64,000 nucleotides of DNA from a bacterium (GTDB taxonomy: Bacteria; SAR324; XYD2-FULL-50-16): positions 64,001 through 128,000 of the forward strand of contig JAVVEA010000001.1 of the NCBI GenBank assembly GCA_032250835.1, read 5' to 3'. The notes below the pieces were generated by a model. The model was not told where the DNA came from. It was given only the letters and a program-made list of their open reading frames with translations, and did not search any database. Shown piece after piece: positions 1-10,363 of the stretch; the stretch's first letter is position 1, and the number at the start of each line of letters is the position of its first letter. A program made the translations under genes and the position numbers.

Positions 1-1
1 C

Positions 2-1177
2 CCGAACAGCCAACGACGAGCGGAGCTGGACCAGTACCGCGACAAGTTCTTCTATTCTGAAAACCTCAATATTTATAAATTGGGCGGTGCCTTGGTGGAT
101 CTGCAAGCGCCGGAGTCTAAAAATTGGGACCAGTTGTCCGACCTGTTCCGCCAACTACGCCAAAAAGGCATGAAATTGGTGCAGGTTGAAGTCGCCCAAG
201 AGGCGGGAGAACAGATCTTCTTGTTCGCTAAAGGCGGCGATAAAAGGGGCTATTTTTTCAAAAACGACAACGGCCCCCTGTTAGATGATATTTTGGACCG
301 TATGTCCGAATTGGCTCATGAAAACGACATGAAGCTGCTGGCTTCCTTGCCATTGCGCGATTTGCCGTCCTTGGACCGCCAACCGGTGATGTTGATGGAT
401 TCTTCTTATAACCCCATCAACCATGACCTACGTCTCAACAATAAGTTGGATTTAACCCATCCGGCCGCTTTGCCCTACTTGTTGAACTTTACCGAAGCCT
501 TAGCCAAAACCAAGGTAGATGGCATCATCATCAAAGACGACTTCACCTACGCCCCTCAAGAGGGCTTTTCGGAAATGTCGATCCGGCGGTTTAAACTGGA
601 CACCGGGATTAGCTTAGACCTACAGAACCTTGTGGTTTCCTACCCAGCCAACGGCGATTTTGGCCTGGTCGGCAAGGAAGAGTATCAGGTTTTCTTGGAA
701 TGGCGCGCCCGGCAGATCCGCCAATTGTTGTGGGATTTTGTTGAAGCCAGCCGAGAATTTCGCGCCGAGTTCACGATTGGTATTGAGCTAACCCCTGAGA
801 TGCTCGATAGCAACGAACAATCGGCCTTTATGCGATACGGAACCTCGGTGCGTATGCTTTGGGACCTACCGGTTGATTTCCAGGTGTTAAAGTGGAGCTA
901 CCAAGACGGCAACAATGAGAGTGACCCAGAGGTTTACTTCGGCGCGTTAAGCCGGCTGCAAGAGCTGATGGACGCGGATCGTAAAGTTTATTTGAAGGTC
1001 CCCTTGAACGACCAGACCCGCAACGTGATCATGTTAAACCAACGGATCAGGCGTCATTTGGTCTGGATGTCTGAACATGAGGGCCTAGAACAGGCCATTG
1101 GACCCATCGACCGGCGTAAGGATTGGGACTTCCTACACCACCGAGTGGTTGAAAAATTAGAAGTTCCAGGCCAGTAA
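2..1177 (+). CDS. Glycoside-hydrolase-like TIM-barrel protein (PgaB C-terminal/GHL13-like), 5'-truncated by the window edge
   Basis: The frame is open from position 2 with no stop before the ORF-track start at 80. 'VDGIIIKDDF' resembles the DGILFHDD segment of PgaB/GHL13 hydrolase domains; 'LDLTHPAALPYL' and 'EWRARQI' are typical of GHL TIM barrels. Confidence 0.5.
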   Translation, partial: PNSQRRAELDQYRDKFFYSENLNIYKLGGALVDLQAPESKNWDQLSDLFRQLRQKGMKLVQVEVAQEAGEQIFLFAKGGDKRGYFFKNDNGPLLDDILDRMSELAHENDMKLLASLPLRDLPSLDRQPVMLMDSSYNPINHDLRLNNKLDLTHPAALPYLLNFTEALAKTKVDGIIIKDDFTYAPQEGFSEMSIRRFKLDTGISLDLQNLVVSYPANGDFGLVGKEEYQVFLEWRARQIRQLLWDFVEASREFRAEFTIGIELTPEMLDSNEQSAFMRYGTSVRMLWDLPVDFQVLKWSYQDGNNESDPEVYFGALSRLQELMDADRKVYLKVPLNDQTRNVIMLNQRIRRHLVWMSEHEGLEQAIGPIDRRKDWDFLHHRVVEKLEVPGQ

Positions 1178-1225
1178 ATGGGCTGTGAAATTCTTTAAAT
1201 TCAATGGATAGCCCCTGAATCCTCT

Positions 1226-1260
1226 AAATACCCCTTTCGGTCTACTGGAAGGGGTATTTT
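1226..1260. terminator. Bidirectional intrinsic terminator
   Basis: AAATACCCCTTTCGG-loop-CTGGAAGGGGTATTTT inverted repeat between convergent genes. Confidence 0.8.
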
Positions 1261-1264
1261 GCCT

Positions 1265-2479
1265 TTAAAGCAGTTGGTTTAATTGGAACAGCGGCAACAT
1301 CACCGCTAAGACAATAAAGCCCACCAACAGGGCCATCACCAGAATCATCACCGGCTCCAGCAGAGCCACCAAGCGCTCTACTGCATGGGTTACTTCCTTT
1401 TGCAGGTTGCTGCTGATCTTTGAGAGCATGTTGTCTAGCTGGTCGCTTTCTTCGCCGACTCGGATCATCTGGACCACGCTGGCCGGATAAAGGCCCGTCT
1501 TTTTCAGCGCCGCCGAGAGGTCCATACCCCGGCTGGCAATGTCGTTACTCATTTCATCAAAGGGGTCTTCAAAGATCCGGTTACCTAAAACCCCCTTTAA
1601 AATAGCCAAAGAATGCTTTAATTCGACGCCCGAAGACAAAAGAGTGCCCAGCGTTTGGCAGAAGCGATAAAGGATCATTTGCTGGGTTAAATGACCGATT
1701 ACCGGGAGTTTGAGTAATATGCGGTCTTTGAGCAGCTCACCTTTGGGGGTTTTAAGCCAAGAGCGGATACCCCAAAAGGCACCGGCAAACGTGAGCGCCA
1801 CCAAAATAAAATGCTCGCTCACCACTTCACTAGTCCAAACCACTACTTGAGTCGGCAAGGGAAGTTCGGCTTCGAACTGGCTAAAGATAGGCGTGATCTT
1901 AGGTAAGATGAAGGTGAGCATAAAGAGGATGATCAACATCCCCAAGACGGCCATGATCGCCGGGTATATCATGGCGTTTTGGATCTTCTGGCCCAGTCGC
2001 TCATCTTCTTCGCGGAAACGGGTCAATTCGTCTAAGACCTGGGCTAAAGTGCCCCCGGCTTCACCAGCGCGGACCATGGCTGCATACATCCCCGGAAAAT
2101 GCCGGGGGCGCGACTCTAAGGCCGCCGCTAGACTAGAACCTTCGGTGATCTCTGATTTGATGTCGGCTAAAAGGGTCTGGAAGCTTTGGTCTTGGTTCTC
2201 TTGGATCAAAATATCCAAGGCGCGGTCATAGGGAATGCCCGCCGTGGCGAGCACCGAAAATTGGCGCGTAAAGGCGGTGATGGTTTTGGCGGGGACCTTT
2301 TGCTTGCGCTGACCGCGCCACTGAAACAGCGAGTTTTTGGCTTTGGCGGGCTTCAGCTCAATAACGTACCAGCCTTTGGCCTGTAGCTTGGCAGCCGCTT
2401 GGCGGGCGTTGGGGGCGTCGGTTTTGCCCTTATGATTTTTACCCGCCTGGTCTAGGCACTGGTACTCGAAGAGCGCCAT
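1265..2479 (-). CDS. gspF: Type II secretion / type IV pilus inner-membrane platform protein (GspF/PilC family)
   Basis: N-terminus 'MALFEYQCLD..G', two T2SSF repeats ('AMVRAGEAGGTL', 'QMIRVGEESDQL'), three TM segments, C-terminal 'LLEPVMIL...MLPLFQL'. Confidence 0.88.
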   Translation of the reverse strand: MALFEYQCLDQAGKNHKGKTDAPNARQAAAKLQAKGWYVIELKPAKAKNSLFQWRGQRKQKVPAKTITAFTRQFSVLATAGIPYDRALDILIQENQDQSFQTLLADIKSEITEGSSLAAALESRPRHFPGMYAAMVRAGEAGGTLAQVLDELTRFREEDERLGQKIQNAMIYPAIMAVLGMLIILFMLTFILPKITPIFSQFEAELPLPTQVVVWTSEVVSEHFILVALTFAGAFWGIRSWLKTPKGELLKDRILLKLPVIGHLTQQMILYRFCQTLGTLLSSGVELKHSLAILKGVLGNRIFEDPFDEMSNDIASRGMDLSAALKKTGLYPASVVQMIRVGEESDQLDNMLSKISSNLQKEVTHAVERLVALLEPVMILVMALLVGFIVLAVMLPLFQLNQLL

Positions 2480-2488
2480 AGACGGCCT

Positions 2489-3868
2489 TTAGATAGTTTT
2501 AGAGAACTTCACCTTCGGGGCCTTTTCTCCGGTCAAATAGGCGTCAAAACGCATGCAGATGTTGCGCACCAAAATTTTGCCCCAAGAGAGCACCCGGATA
2601 TGTCCTTCGCCGACTTCGACTAAGCCCTCATCGATCATGTCCTCTAATCCGGCCATTTCCTTTTGGAAATATTCGGTAAAGTCCAGATCAAACTCTTCTA
2701 AGAATTCGTCGAAGTTGACGTAGAAATGACAAATCAAGCGGATGATGGTCCATTTTCGGATCCGGTCATCGTCAGTAAGGTGGATTCCGCGCGCTCCAGC
2801 CAGCCCTTCTTGCTCAATGGCACTTAAGTAGTCCGGCAGTTTTTTCTCGTTTTGTAGGAAATATCGCTCGCTTTCGCCGATGGAGGTGATGCCAATGCCC
2901 ACTAAATCGACACCCGACTTGGGGCTATAGCCCATAAAGTTTCGGTAAAGCCGCCGTTCTCTTTGGGCGACGGCTAATTCGTCGGTCGATTTGGCGAAGT
3001 GGTCCATCCCGATGTACTCGTACCCGGCGGCGGCGAAGCGGCTGATGGCCTCAAAGAGGATGTTCAGCTTCGTTTCTTCGTCGGGTAGGTGCTCGGCGTG
3101 GATGAGCTTTTGGTGGGGCAGTTGTTCGGGCAGGTAAGCGAAATTGTAGAGTGCTAAGCGGTCGGGAGCTAAGGAGATTACCTGTTCTAGGGTCTCGCGC
3201 ATACTGGCCAAGGTTTGGTGTGGCAGCCCGTACATCAAGTCTAGGTTGACCCCGGTGAACCCGAGCTGGCGGGCCTTGTCGATATGTTCCTTGGTGATCT
3301 CGTAGCTTTGGACCCGGTTGACTGCTGCTTGGACCTTCGGATTGAAGTCTTGTAAGCCCAAGGAAAGACGGTTAAAGCCTAGCCCCGCCAACATCTCCAA
3401 TTGGCCTTCATGGGTCGAACAGGGGTCCACCTCAATGGCCAATTCGGCGGACTCTTCAAATTCAAAATGCTCCCGCAATTTGCCTAAAATTAAGGCAAAT
3501 TCCTGGTCCAACAAGAAGGTGGGGGTGCCGCCGCCAAAATGCAACTGGCGGATTTTTTTGTGGCCCAGGCCAAAGGAGGCTAAGGTATCGATCTCCTTGA
3601 GGAGGTGGGTCACGTAGTCGGTGGCCTTGCCTTGATTTTGGGTGATCATGGTGTTGCAACCGCAATAGCTGCAACGTTCACGGCAAAAGGGGATGTGGAA
3701 GTACAGCGAAAGAGGGCGCGAGCTTTGGCCTAACTCTTGGTACCAGTCACGCTGGGTGCCTCGGTCGACGGGGCCCCAAACCGGTGCGGTCGGGTAGGAG
3801 GTGTAGCGGGGGCCGCTGACGTTGTACTTTTCGATCAATTCCTGCGGGAGCCGGTAGCTCTGGTTCAT
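2489..3868 (-). CDS. hemN: Oxygen-independent coproporphyrinogen III oxidase (radical SAM)
   Basis: 'GPRYTSYPTA', 'YFHIPFCRERCSYCGC' (CxxxCxxC), 'HFGGGTPT', 'YIGMDHFA', 'RNFMGY'. Confidence 0.95.
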   Translation of the reverse strand: MNQSYRLPQELIEKYNVSGPRYTSYPTAPVWGPVDRGTQRDWYQELGQSSRPLSLYFHIPFCRERCSYCGCNTMITQNQGKATDYVTHLLKEIDTLASFGLGHKKIRQLHFGGGTPTFLLDQEFALILGKLREHFEFEESAELAIEVDPCSTHEGQLEMLAGLGFNRLSLGLQDFNPKVQAAVNRVQSYEITKEHIDKARQLGFTGVNLDLMYGLPHQTLASMRETLEQVISLAPDRLALYNFAYLPEQLPHQKLIHAEHLPDEETKLNILFEAISRFAAAGYEYIGMDHFAKSTDELAVAQRERRLYRNFMGYSPKSGVDLVGIGITSIGESERYFLQNEKKLPDYLSAIEQEGLAGARGIHLTDDDRIRKWTIIRLICHFYVNFDEFLEEFDLDFTEYFQKEMAGLEDMIDEGLVEVGEGHIRVLSWGKILVRNICMRFDAYLTGEKAPKVKFSKTI

Positions 3869-3877
3869 CTCGGCCTC

Positions 3878-4747
3878 TTAAAACAGGGAGCTGCGTTTTT
3901 CGGGCAGCGTGTAGACCACGTCTCCCTGATGAATTTTATCGCGGTCGCGGGGGTCTAGCTCGACCCAGGCGTCGTTGGCTTGAACCTGGATCACCTCGGC
4001 GGTGGCCAGCGCTTCTGAATAGCTGATCACGCCGGTGTTGAGGCCTTGGACCAAATCTCTTTCGATCTTGCGTTTGCGGATCTGAACCTTACGGCCTACT
4101 TGAAGGCCTAGGCTAGAGCCCAGTGAAATCTTGGCTACCTGCCGGTCGCCCCGGGTTTGTAGGACAAAACCCATCAAGGGGAAGGCGCGTTGGATCACCG
4201 GTTTGACCTCTTGGCGGGATTCGGCGGGTTCCGAAGAGTCGTAATTCAGGTTTTCCTTAAAAACCACCTGCCCGCTATCGACCTTAAAGACCGTTAAGCC
4301 AACGATCGCTTTAAATCGGTCCACGCCTTTTTCCAGCTTCGATGAGGCAATGGAAAGCTCGGTCTGCATCACAAATTGAGCGCCTAAAGCTTTGCCTAAT
4401 TCGATCGCCTGGGCGGCACTTTCGGCTCGAAAGCCCCGGTAGTCGCTTTGGCTTAGGAGGTTTTCAACCCGGCGCTGTTCGATGGGCGCAAAGGCGGCGT
4501 AGCGGGACAAGCTATCTGCGGTAAAACCCAAGATGGCTTCTTCGCGTGCCTGAGTCACCGTGGGGTGTTTGTGGGTGATCAGGTTGACATATAGTCGGGG
4601 TTTTTGGAGCAGCTCGTTTTCTTCGGGCGGGAACGCGGTCTTTTGTTCGTCAATAGCGGTGAGCGGAAGTTTTGTCGGTTCCACCTTTTGGGGCGCACAG
4701 GCAGCCAAAAGTAATACCAGACTCCAAAGCGCTAGAAAACGCAGCAT
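3878..4747 (-). CDS. Lipoprotein, CsgG/FlgT-like two-domain architecture (uncharacterised)
   Basis: Lipobox 'LLLAAC'. The alpha/beta domain has 'AIELGKALGAQFV'; the C-terminal beta domain 'ISLGSSLGLQVG..V..' resembles FlgT_C. Confidence 0.55.
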   Translation of the reverse strand: MLRFLALWSLVLLLAACAPQKVEPTKLPLTAIDEQKTAFPPEENELLQKPRLYVNLITHKHPTVTQAREEAILGFTADSLSRYAAFAPIEQRRVENLLSQSDYRGFRAESAAQAIELGKALGAQFVMQTELSIASSKLEKGVDRFKAIVGLTVFKVDSGQVVFKENLNYDSSEPAESRQEVKPVIQRAFPLMGFVLQTRGDRQVAKISLGSSLGLQVGRKVQIRKRKIERDLVQGLNTGVISYSEALATAEVIQVQANDAWVELDPRDRDKIHQGDVVYTLPEKRSSLF

Positions 4748-4822
4748 GGGGCTATTATTGGAAGGGGTTGTTGTTTTCTTGATGGCTTAGAGTAAGCCAA
4801 AGGGCAGGGGAAGTAAAGCCCC

Positions 4823-4847
4823 AGCAGCCCCCCGGAGGGAGGCTGCT
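4823..4847 (-). terminator. Hairpin downstream of the antiporter gene (probable terminator)
   Basis: AGCAGCCCCC-CGGA-GGGAGGCTGCT inverted repeat just past the stop at 4859; the U-tract is weak. Confidence 0.5.
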
Positions 4848-4858
4848 TACAAAGCTAA

Positions 4859-6523
4859 TTAGAGAAGCATAAAGGCGCTACCGACCACAATCGTCGGCAG
4901 TAAGGCAGCCAAAGCGAGGTACAAGGGGACCACGCCGTCAGGGAAATATTTGTTTAAAATCGACTGACCTGCCGGGTTCGGCGCGTTGGCAATGACCGTC
5001 AAACCACCACCGGTTACCGCACCAGCAACCACCGCGTACTTCATGGTGTCGCTAAAGTTAGGCACCAAGGTGGCTAGGTAGGTGATCGCTGCGTTGTCGT
5101 TGAAGGCTGTTAAGACCGTGGCCCCTAACATCAAAGGCAATTCCCCTAAGCTACTTAAGACCGGCTGAATCCACCAGGCCTGAAGGCCGCCGTGGGTAAC
5201 CAAACCAGCCAAGAAGAAACCGACCAACAGGGCGGGCTTGAGGTCAAGGCGGTTTTGGTGGTGTCCGGTAGCTTGGTGGAAACCGATGTAGAACAAGAAG
5301 GCCCCAATAAACAGCGGGGGATGGTGGGCGTTGAACACCGTCCAAACCATGAAGGCCACGTGGACTAACATGATCCAAACCGGAACGGGGTCTTCGCGTA
5401 GGTTCCAGTTCAGGGTCTTTTCGGTTTCGTCGATAGCCGTGGCTTGCGGGCTGTCAAGTTTCTTGAACTCCCAGCGGAAGATCATGAAGTAGATGGCGTT
5501 GTTGATCATGATACCCACCACCGCCTTCCAACCGAAGAAGGTCGCCATATGGGCCATATCCCAGCCCCAAGGTCCGGCAACCATCAAGACCGGCGGCGCG
5601 GCGAAGTGGGTGATGGTACCGCCTACGGAAATGTTCACGAACAACAAGCCGATGGTAGCGTATTTGAACTTGCTACTCGGTTTTTTGTTGTAAAACTGTT
5701 TGGCCAATAACATAGCCGAGATGGTCATAGCGCCCGGCTCGGTGATGAAACTGCCCATGATGGGGCCGATGGTCAGGATCGTCAGCCACCAAGCGGCGGT
5801 TTTACCGCCCAATAATTTGGCAAAAACGGCCAAACCCTTCTCGGCCAACTGAGAGATCGGCCGGGTTGCGGCTAGGGCCATGATCACCACCACAAACATC
5901 GGCTCCGTATAGTTTACGTTGCTGATATATTCAATGGGGGCTTGGAAGCCCTTAAAATAAACCATGGCAAAAAACAAGGCCAAGACCCAAATGCCAAAGA
6001 CCGCTTCGACTTCACCTAAGAAGTGGAAGATTTCTGCTTTAAAGCTCACCTTATCAACCACTTCGCCATGGTAGCGAACGGGCTGGTTCTCGGCGCGAAG
6101 CTTTTTGGCGTGCTCTTCGGCGGCCACGTGGGCGATGTGGGTGAAGCGGCTGGCGGCGAAGGTGTGCAGGATCGCCATCAAGAAGATCAAGCTAGCCACC
6201 AGGTTCAGGGGTTCCATGCCGATCCGGTTGGACAACTGCTCCCCCACGCTTTTGTCCATGTCTTCGTAGATCGGCAGTGGTGGCGGGAAATGGACGGCCT
6301 GGACGAAGTGTCCACCTTCCTGATTGGCTTCGAACCGGGGCTTGGGCCCGAATTCTTTGTCTACATGTTCTCCTGGCTTCGCTGGTGCGCCCTGCTCAGT
6401 GTTCGTAACGGAGTTTTGCGGCTCCGCCATCGCAGAGGGTTCAGACTCGTTGGCGAAGACTGGCGTGCCTAGAGTGGCCAGTGAGATCAAAGCGGCTAAT
6501 AATAGTGAAAGCGAAAGTCTCAT
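4859..6523 (-). CDS. Putative Na+/H+ antiporter (DUF1504 / Na_H_antiport_3-like)
   Basis: Polytopic membrane protein with 'FHFLGEVEAVFGIW', 'GSFITEPGAMT', 'NISVGG', 'TAFNDNAA', 'GGGLTVIANAPNPAG'; N-terminal signal-like segment. Confidence 0.8.
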   Translation of the reverse strand: MRLSLSLLLAALISLATLGTPVFANESEPSAMAEPQNSVTNTEQGAPAKPGEHVDKEFGPKPRFEANQEGGHFVQAVHFPPPLPIYEDMDKSVGEQLSNRIGMEPLNLVASLIFLMAILHTFAASRFTHIAHVAAEEHAKKLRAENQPVRYHGEVVDKVSFKAEIFHFLGEVEAVFGIWVLALFFAMVYFKGFQAPIEYISNVNYTEPMFVVVIMALAATRPISQLAEKGLAVFAKLLGGKTAAWWLTILTIGPIMGSFITEPGAMTISAMLLAKQFYNKKPSSKFKYATIGLLFVNISVGGTITHFAAPPVLMVAGPWGWDMAHMATFFGWKAVVGIMINNAIYFMIFRWEFKKLDSPQATAIDETEKTLNWNLREDPVPVWIMLVHVAFMVWTVFNAHHPPLFIGAFLFYIGFHQATGHHQNRLDLKPALLVGFFLAGLVTHGGLQAWWIQPVLSSLGELPLMLGATVLTAFNDNAAITYLATLVPNFSDTMKYAVVAGAVTGGGLTVIANAPNPAGQSILNKYFPDGVVPLYLALAALLPTIVVGSAFMLL

Positions 6524-6592
6524 TGCTTCCTTCGATAGGTTAGCTAAGTGTACGGACCGTGGCCCAAAGCTTATGCTCTGTGGACGAACTTC

Positions 6593-6622
6593 TGTATAGC
6601 CTTCTTTTTAGCTGCCTTTCAA
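6593..6622 (-). promoter_or_regulatory. Putative sigma70 promoter of the antiporter gene
   Basis: Minus strand TTGAAA-18 nt-TATACA, ending about 70 nt upstream of the ATG. Confidence 0.4.
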
Positions 6623-6709
6623 GGATAAAAAGAAAAATGCAAAAACCGCCCTCTGCACCCGTGGAGCCAGCCTTACACGGGTACTGAAAGAAAAATTTGA
6701 AACCGGCGG

Positions 6710-6738
6710 TTGCCATTTTAAAATTCTTGTTTCATATT
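6710..6738 (+). promoter_or_regulatory. Putative sigma70 promoter of recA
   Basis: TTGCCA-17 nt-CATATT, immediately followed by LexA-like boxes. Confidence 0.5.
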
Positions 6739-6763
6739 GAACTCATCGAGAACAAATGTTCTC
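6739..6763. promoter_or_regulatory. Putative SOS (LexA) operator upstream of recA
   Basis: Palindrome GAGAAC-AAAT-GTTCTC (6748-6763; GAAC-N4-GTTC core) overlapping the direct repeat GAAC-TCATCGA-GAAC (6739-6753). Confidence 0.65.
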
Positions 6764-6807
6764 TTTTGAACCTGCCCCCTGGGGGGCCTAAGCCAAAGGG
6801 ATTCAGG

Positions 6808-7851
6808 ATGTGGGATAAAGAAAAGACGCGTGCAATTGAAGGGGCCTTAAGCCAAATCGACCGCCAGTACGGCAAAGGCGCAATTATGCGCATGGGCGAA
6901 GAAGGGGCTAAAAGCTACCCCTGCCACCCGACCGGGATTTTAAGTCTGGACGTGGCCATGGGTATCGGCGGCCTTCCGGTGGGCCGGGTGGTCGAGATTT
7001 ACGGCAAAGAGTCCAGCGGCAAAACCACCATCGCGTTGCACGCCATTGCCGAAGTGCAAAAGAAGGGCGGCGTAGCGGCCTTCATTGATGCCGAACACGC
7101 GCTGGACGTCCAGTATGCCCGTAAGTTGGGCGTCAAGGTTGAGGACCTACTGCTTTCCCAGCCCGATTACGGCGAACAGGCCTTAGAAATCACCGATATT
7201 TTGGTCCGCTCCGGTGGGATCGATTTGATCGTCGTGGACTCGGTAGCCGCCTTGGTGCCCCGCGCCGAGATCAACGGTGAAATGGGTGACAGCCATGTAG
7301 GACTTCAGGCCCGCTTGATGTCTCAGGCGCTGCGTAAATTGACGGGTAACCTCAATAAAAGCCACTGCACCATCATCTTCATCAACCAACTTAGGATGAA
7401 GATTGGCGTCATGTATGGAAACCCTGAGGTCACGACCGGCGGTAACGCCCTAAAGTTTTACGCTTCGGTCCGCTTAGACATCCGCCGAGTTACGGACATC
7501 AAGCAGGGTGAGCAGATCATCGGCACCCGCTCGCGGATTAAGGTGGTTAAAAACAAGATGGCCCCTCCTTTTAAAGTGATCGAATTTGATATCATGTTCG
7601 GCGAAGGCGTCTCTAAGCTAGGTGACGTGCTGGACTTGGCGGCCGATGCGGGCATCGTCAAAAAGAGTGGCTCTTGGTACAGCTATGGTGACGAGCGGAT
7701 CGGCCAGGGACGTGAAAACGCTAAAACCTACCTAGACGAACATCCCGAAATGGCCAGCAAGATAGACCAAGCGGTACGCGCTCAATATGAATTTGGCGGC
7801 GCTAACCTACCGGTGCGCGCTAATGAAGAAGAAGCAACCGAAGAGGATTGA
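6808..7851 (+). CDS. recA: Recombinase RecA
   Basis: 'GKESSGKTT' Walker A, 'FIDAEHALD', 'IVVDSVAAL', '[10 protein letters not shown]'. Start moved to ATG 6808 ([14 protein letters not shown]) by homology. Confidence 0.98.
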   Translation: MWDKEKTRAIEGALSQIDRQYGKGAIMRMGEEGAKSYPCHPTGILSLDVAMGIGGLPVGRVVEIYGKESSGKTTIALHAIAEVQKKGGVAAFIDAEHALDVQYARKLGVKVEDLLLSQPDYGEQALEITDILVRSGGIDLIVVDSVAALVPRAEINGEMGDSHVGLQARLMSQALRKLTGNLNKSHCTIIFINQLRMKIGVMYGNPEVTTGGNALKFYASVRLDIRRVTDIKQGEQIIGTRSRIKVVKNKMAPPFKVIEFDIMFGEGVSKLGDVLDLAADAGIVKKSGSWYSYGDERIGQGRENAKTYLDEHPEMASKIDQAVRAQYEFGGANLPVRANEEEATEED

Positions 7852-7960
7852 TCCCAAAGGCCCCGAATCCATTAGATGCCTCGGTCTTTGGGTCTTGGCT
7901 TTCCTTTGGCTTGGGGCTAAAGCCCGGTACTTGCCCGTTGCCTTAAGCTCGCCCCCAAGG

Positions 7961-7994
7961 GCTGGGCTGGACCAACGTCCAGCCCAGCTGTTTC
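7961..7994 (+). terminator. Perfect 12-bp hairpin, possible recA terminator
   Basis: GCTGGGCTGGAC-CAAC-GTCCAGCCCAGC followed by TGTTTC. Confidence 0.5.
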
Positions 7995-8142
7995 ATGGGT
8001 CTTCCCCACTCAGCTCACTACCTCGTTGGTCCTACGGATTCTTGAATTTACGCTTAAGACCTTGAGTCGAACCGGGGCACCTTGCTCCAAAGCCCGCCGA
8101 GCCTTGTCCCCTTCGGATCAAAAAACTCCCAAAAATTCCCTC

Positions 8143-8172
8143 TTGATCTTTAGCCGGTCTTTTGCGTATATT
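8143..8172 (+). promoter_or_regulatory. Putative housekeeping-sigma promoter of groES-groEL
   Basis: TTGATC-18 nt-TATATT, 9 nt upstream of the CIRCE element. Confidence 0.5.
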
Positions 8173-8181
8173 GGGCTAGTT

Positions 8182-8208
8182 TTAGCACTCAGCTTCATTG
8201 AGTGCTAA
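8182..8208. promoter_or_regulatory. CIRCE element (HrcA operator)
   Basis: Perfect TTAGCACTC-N9(AGCTTCATT)-GAGTGCTAA upstream of groES. Confidence 0.97.
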
Positions 8209-8286
8209 TCGTAATTTTAGCATGCTGAAACAGGCTTTTGGGTTTCCTGAGCCTCAATTACCAACATCTTACGAGGGAATTGGAAG

Positions 8287-8577
8287 ATGCAGATCAGACC
8301 GTTGCATGACCGCGTTATCGTTAAGCGCAAAGAAGCTGTTACCACGACCGCAAGCGGGATCATCATTCCCGACACGGCCAAAGAAAAGCCCCAAGAGGGC
8401 GAGGTAATCGCCGTTGGTAAAGGCGTCCGCAAAGATGACGGCAGCTTTGCTGCTCTGGACGTCAAAGCAGGCGACAAGATCCTGTTCGGCAAATATGCCG
8501 GAACCGAAATCAATGTGGAAGGGGACACCTTCCTGATGATGAAGGAAGACGAGATTCTCGGGGTGATTGAGGGTTAA
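8287..8577 (+). CDS. groES: Co-chaperonin GroES
   Basis: '[12 protein letters not shown]', '[21 protein letters not shown]'. Confidence 0.98.
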   Translation: MQIRPLHDRVIVKRKEAVTTTASGIIIPDTAKEKPQEGEVIAVGKGVRKDDGSFAALDVKAGDKILFGKYAGTEINVEGDTFLMMKEDEILGVIEG

Positions 8578-10296
<1,719 letters not shown>

Positions 10297-10325
10297 TCCC
10301 CCAGTCCCTAGTCTAGCTTTTTGAG

Positions 10326-10363
10326 AAGACCGGCGTTCCCCCTGGGAGCGCCGGTCTTTTTTT
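10326..10363 (+). terminator. Rho-independent terminator of groESL
   Basis: AAGACCGGCGTTCCC-CCT-GGGAGCGCCGGTCTT followed by a T run. Confidence 0.92.

Noticed and set aside
6697..6807. 37-aa N-terminal extension of RecA in the ORF track
   Set aside because: It overlaps the predicted promoter and operator; homology begins at ATG 6808.
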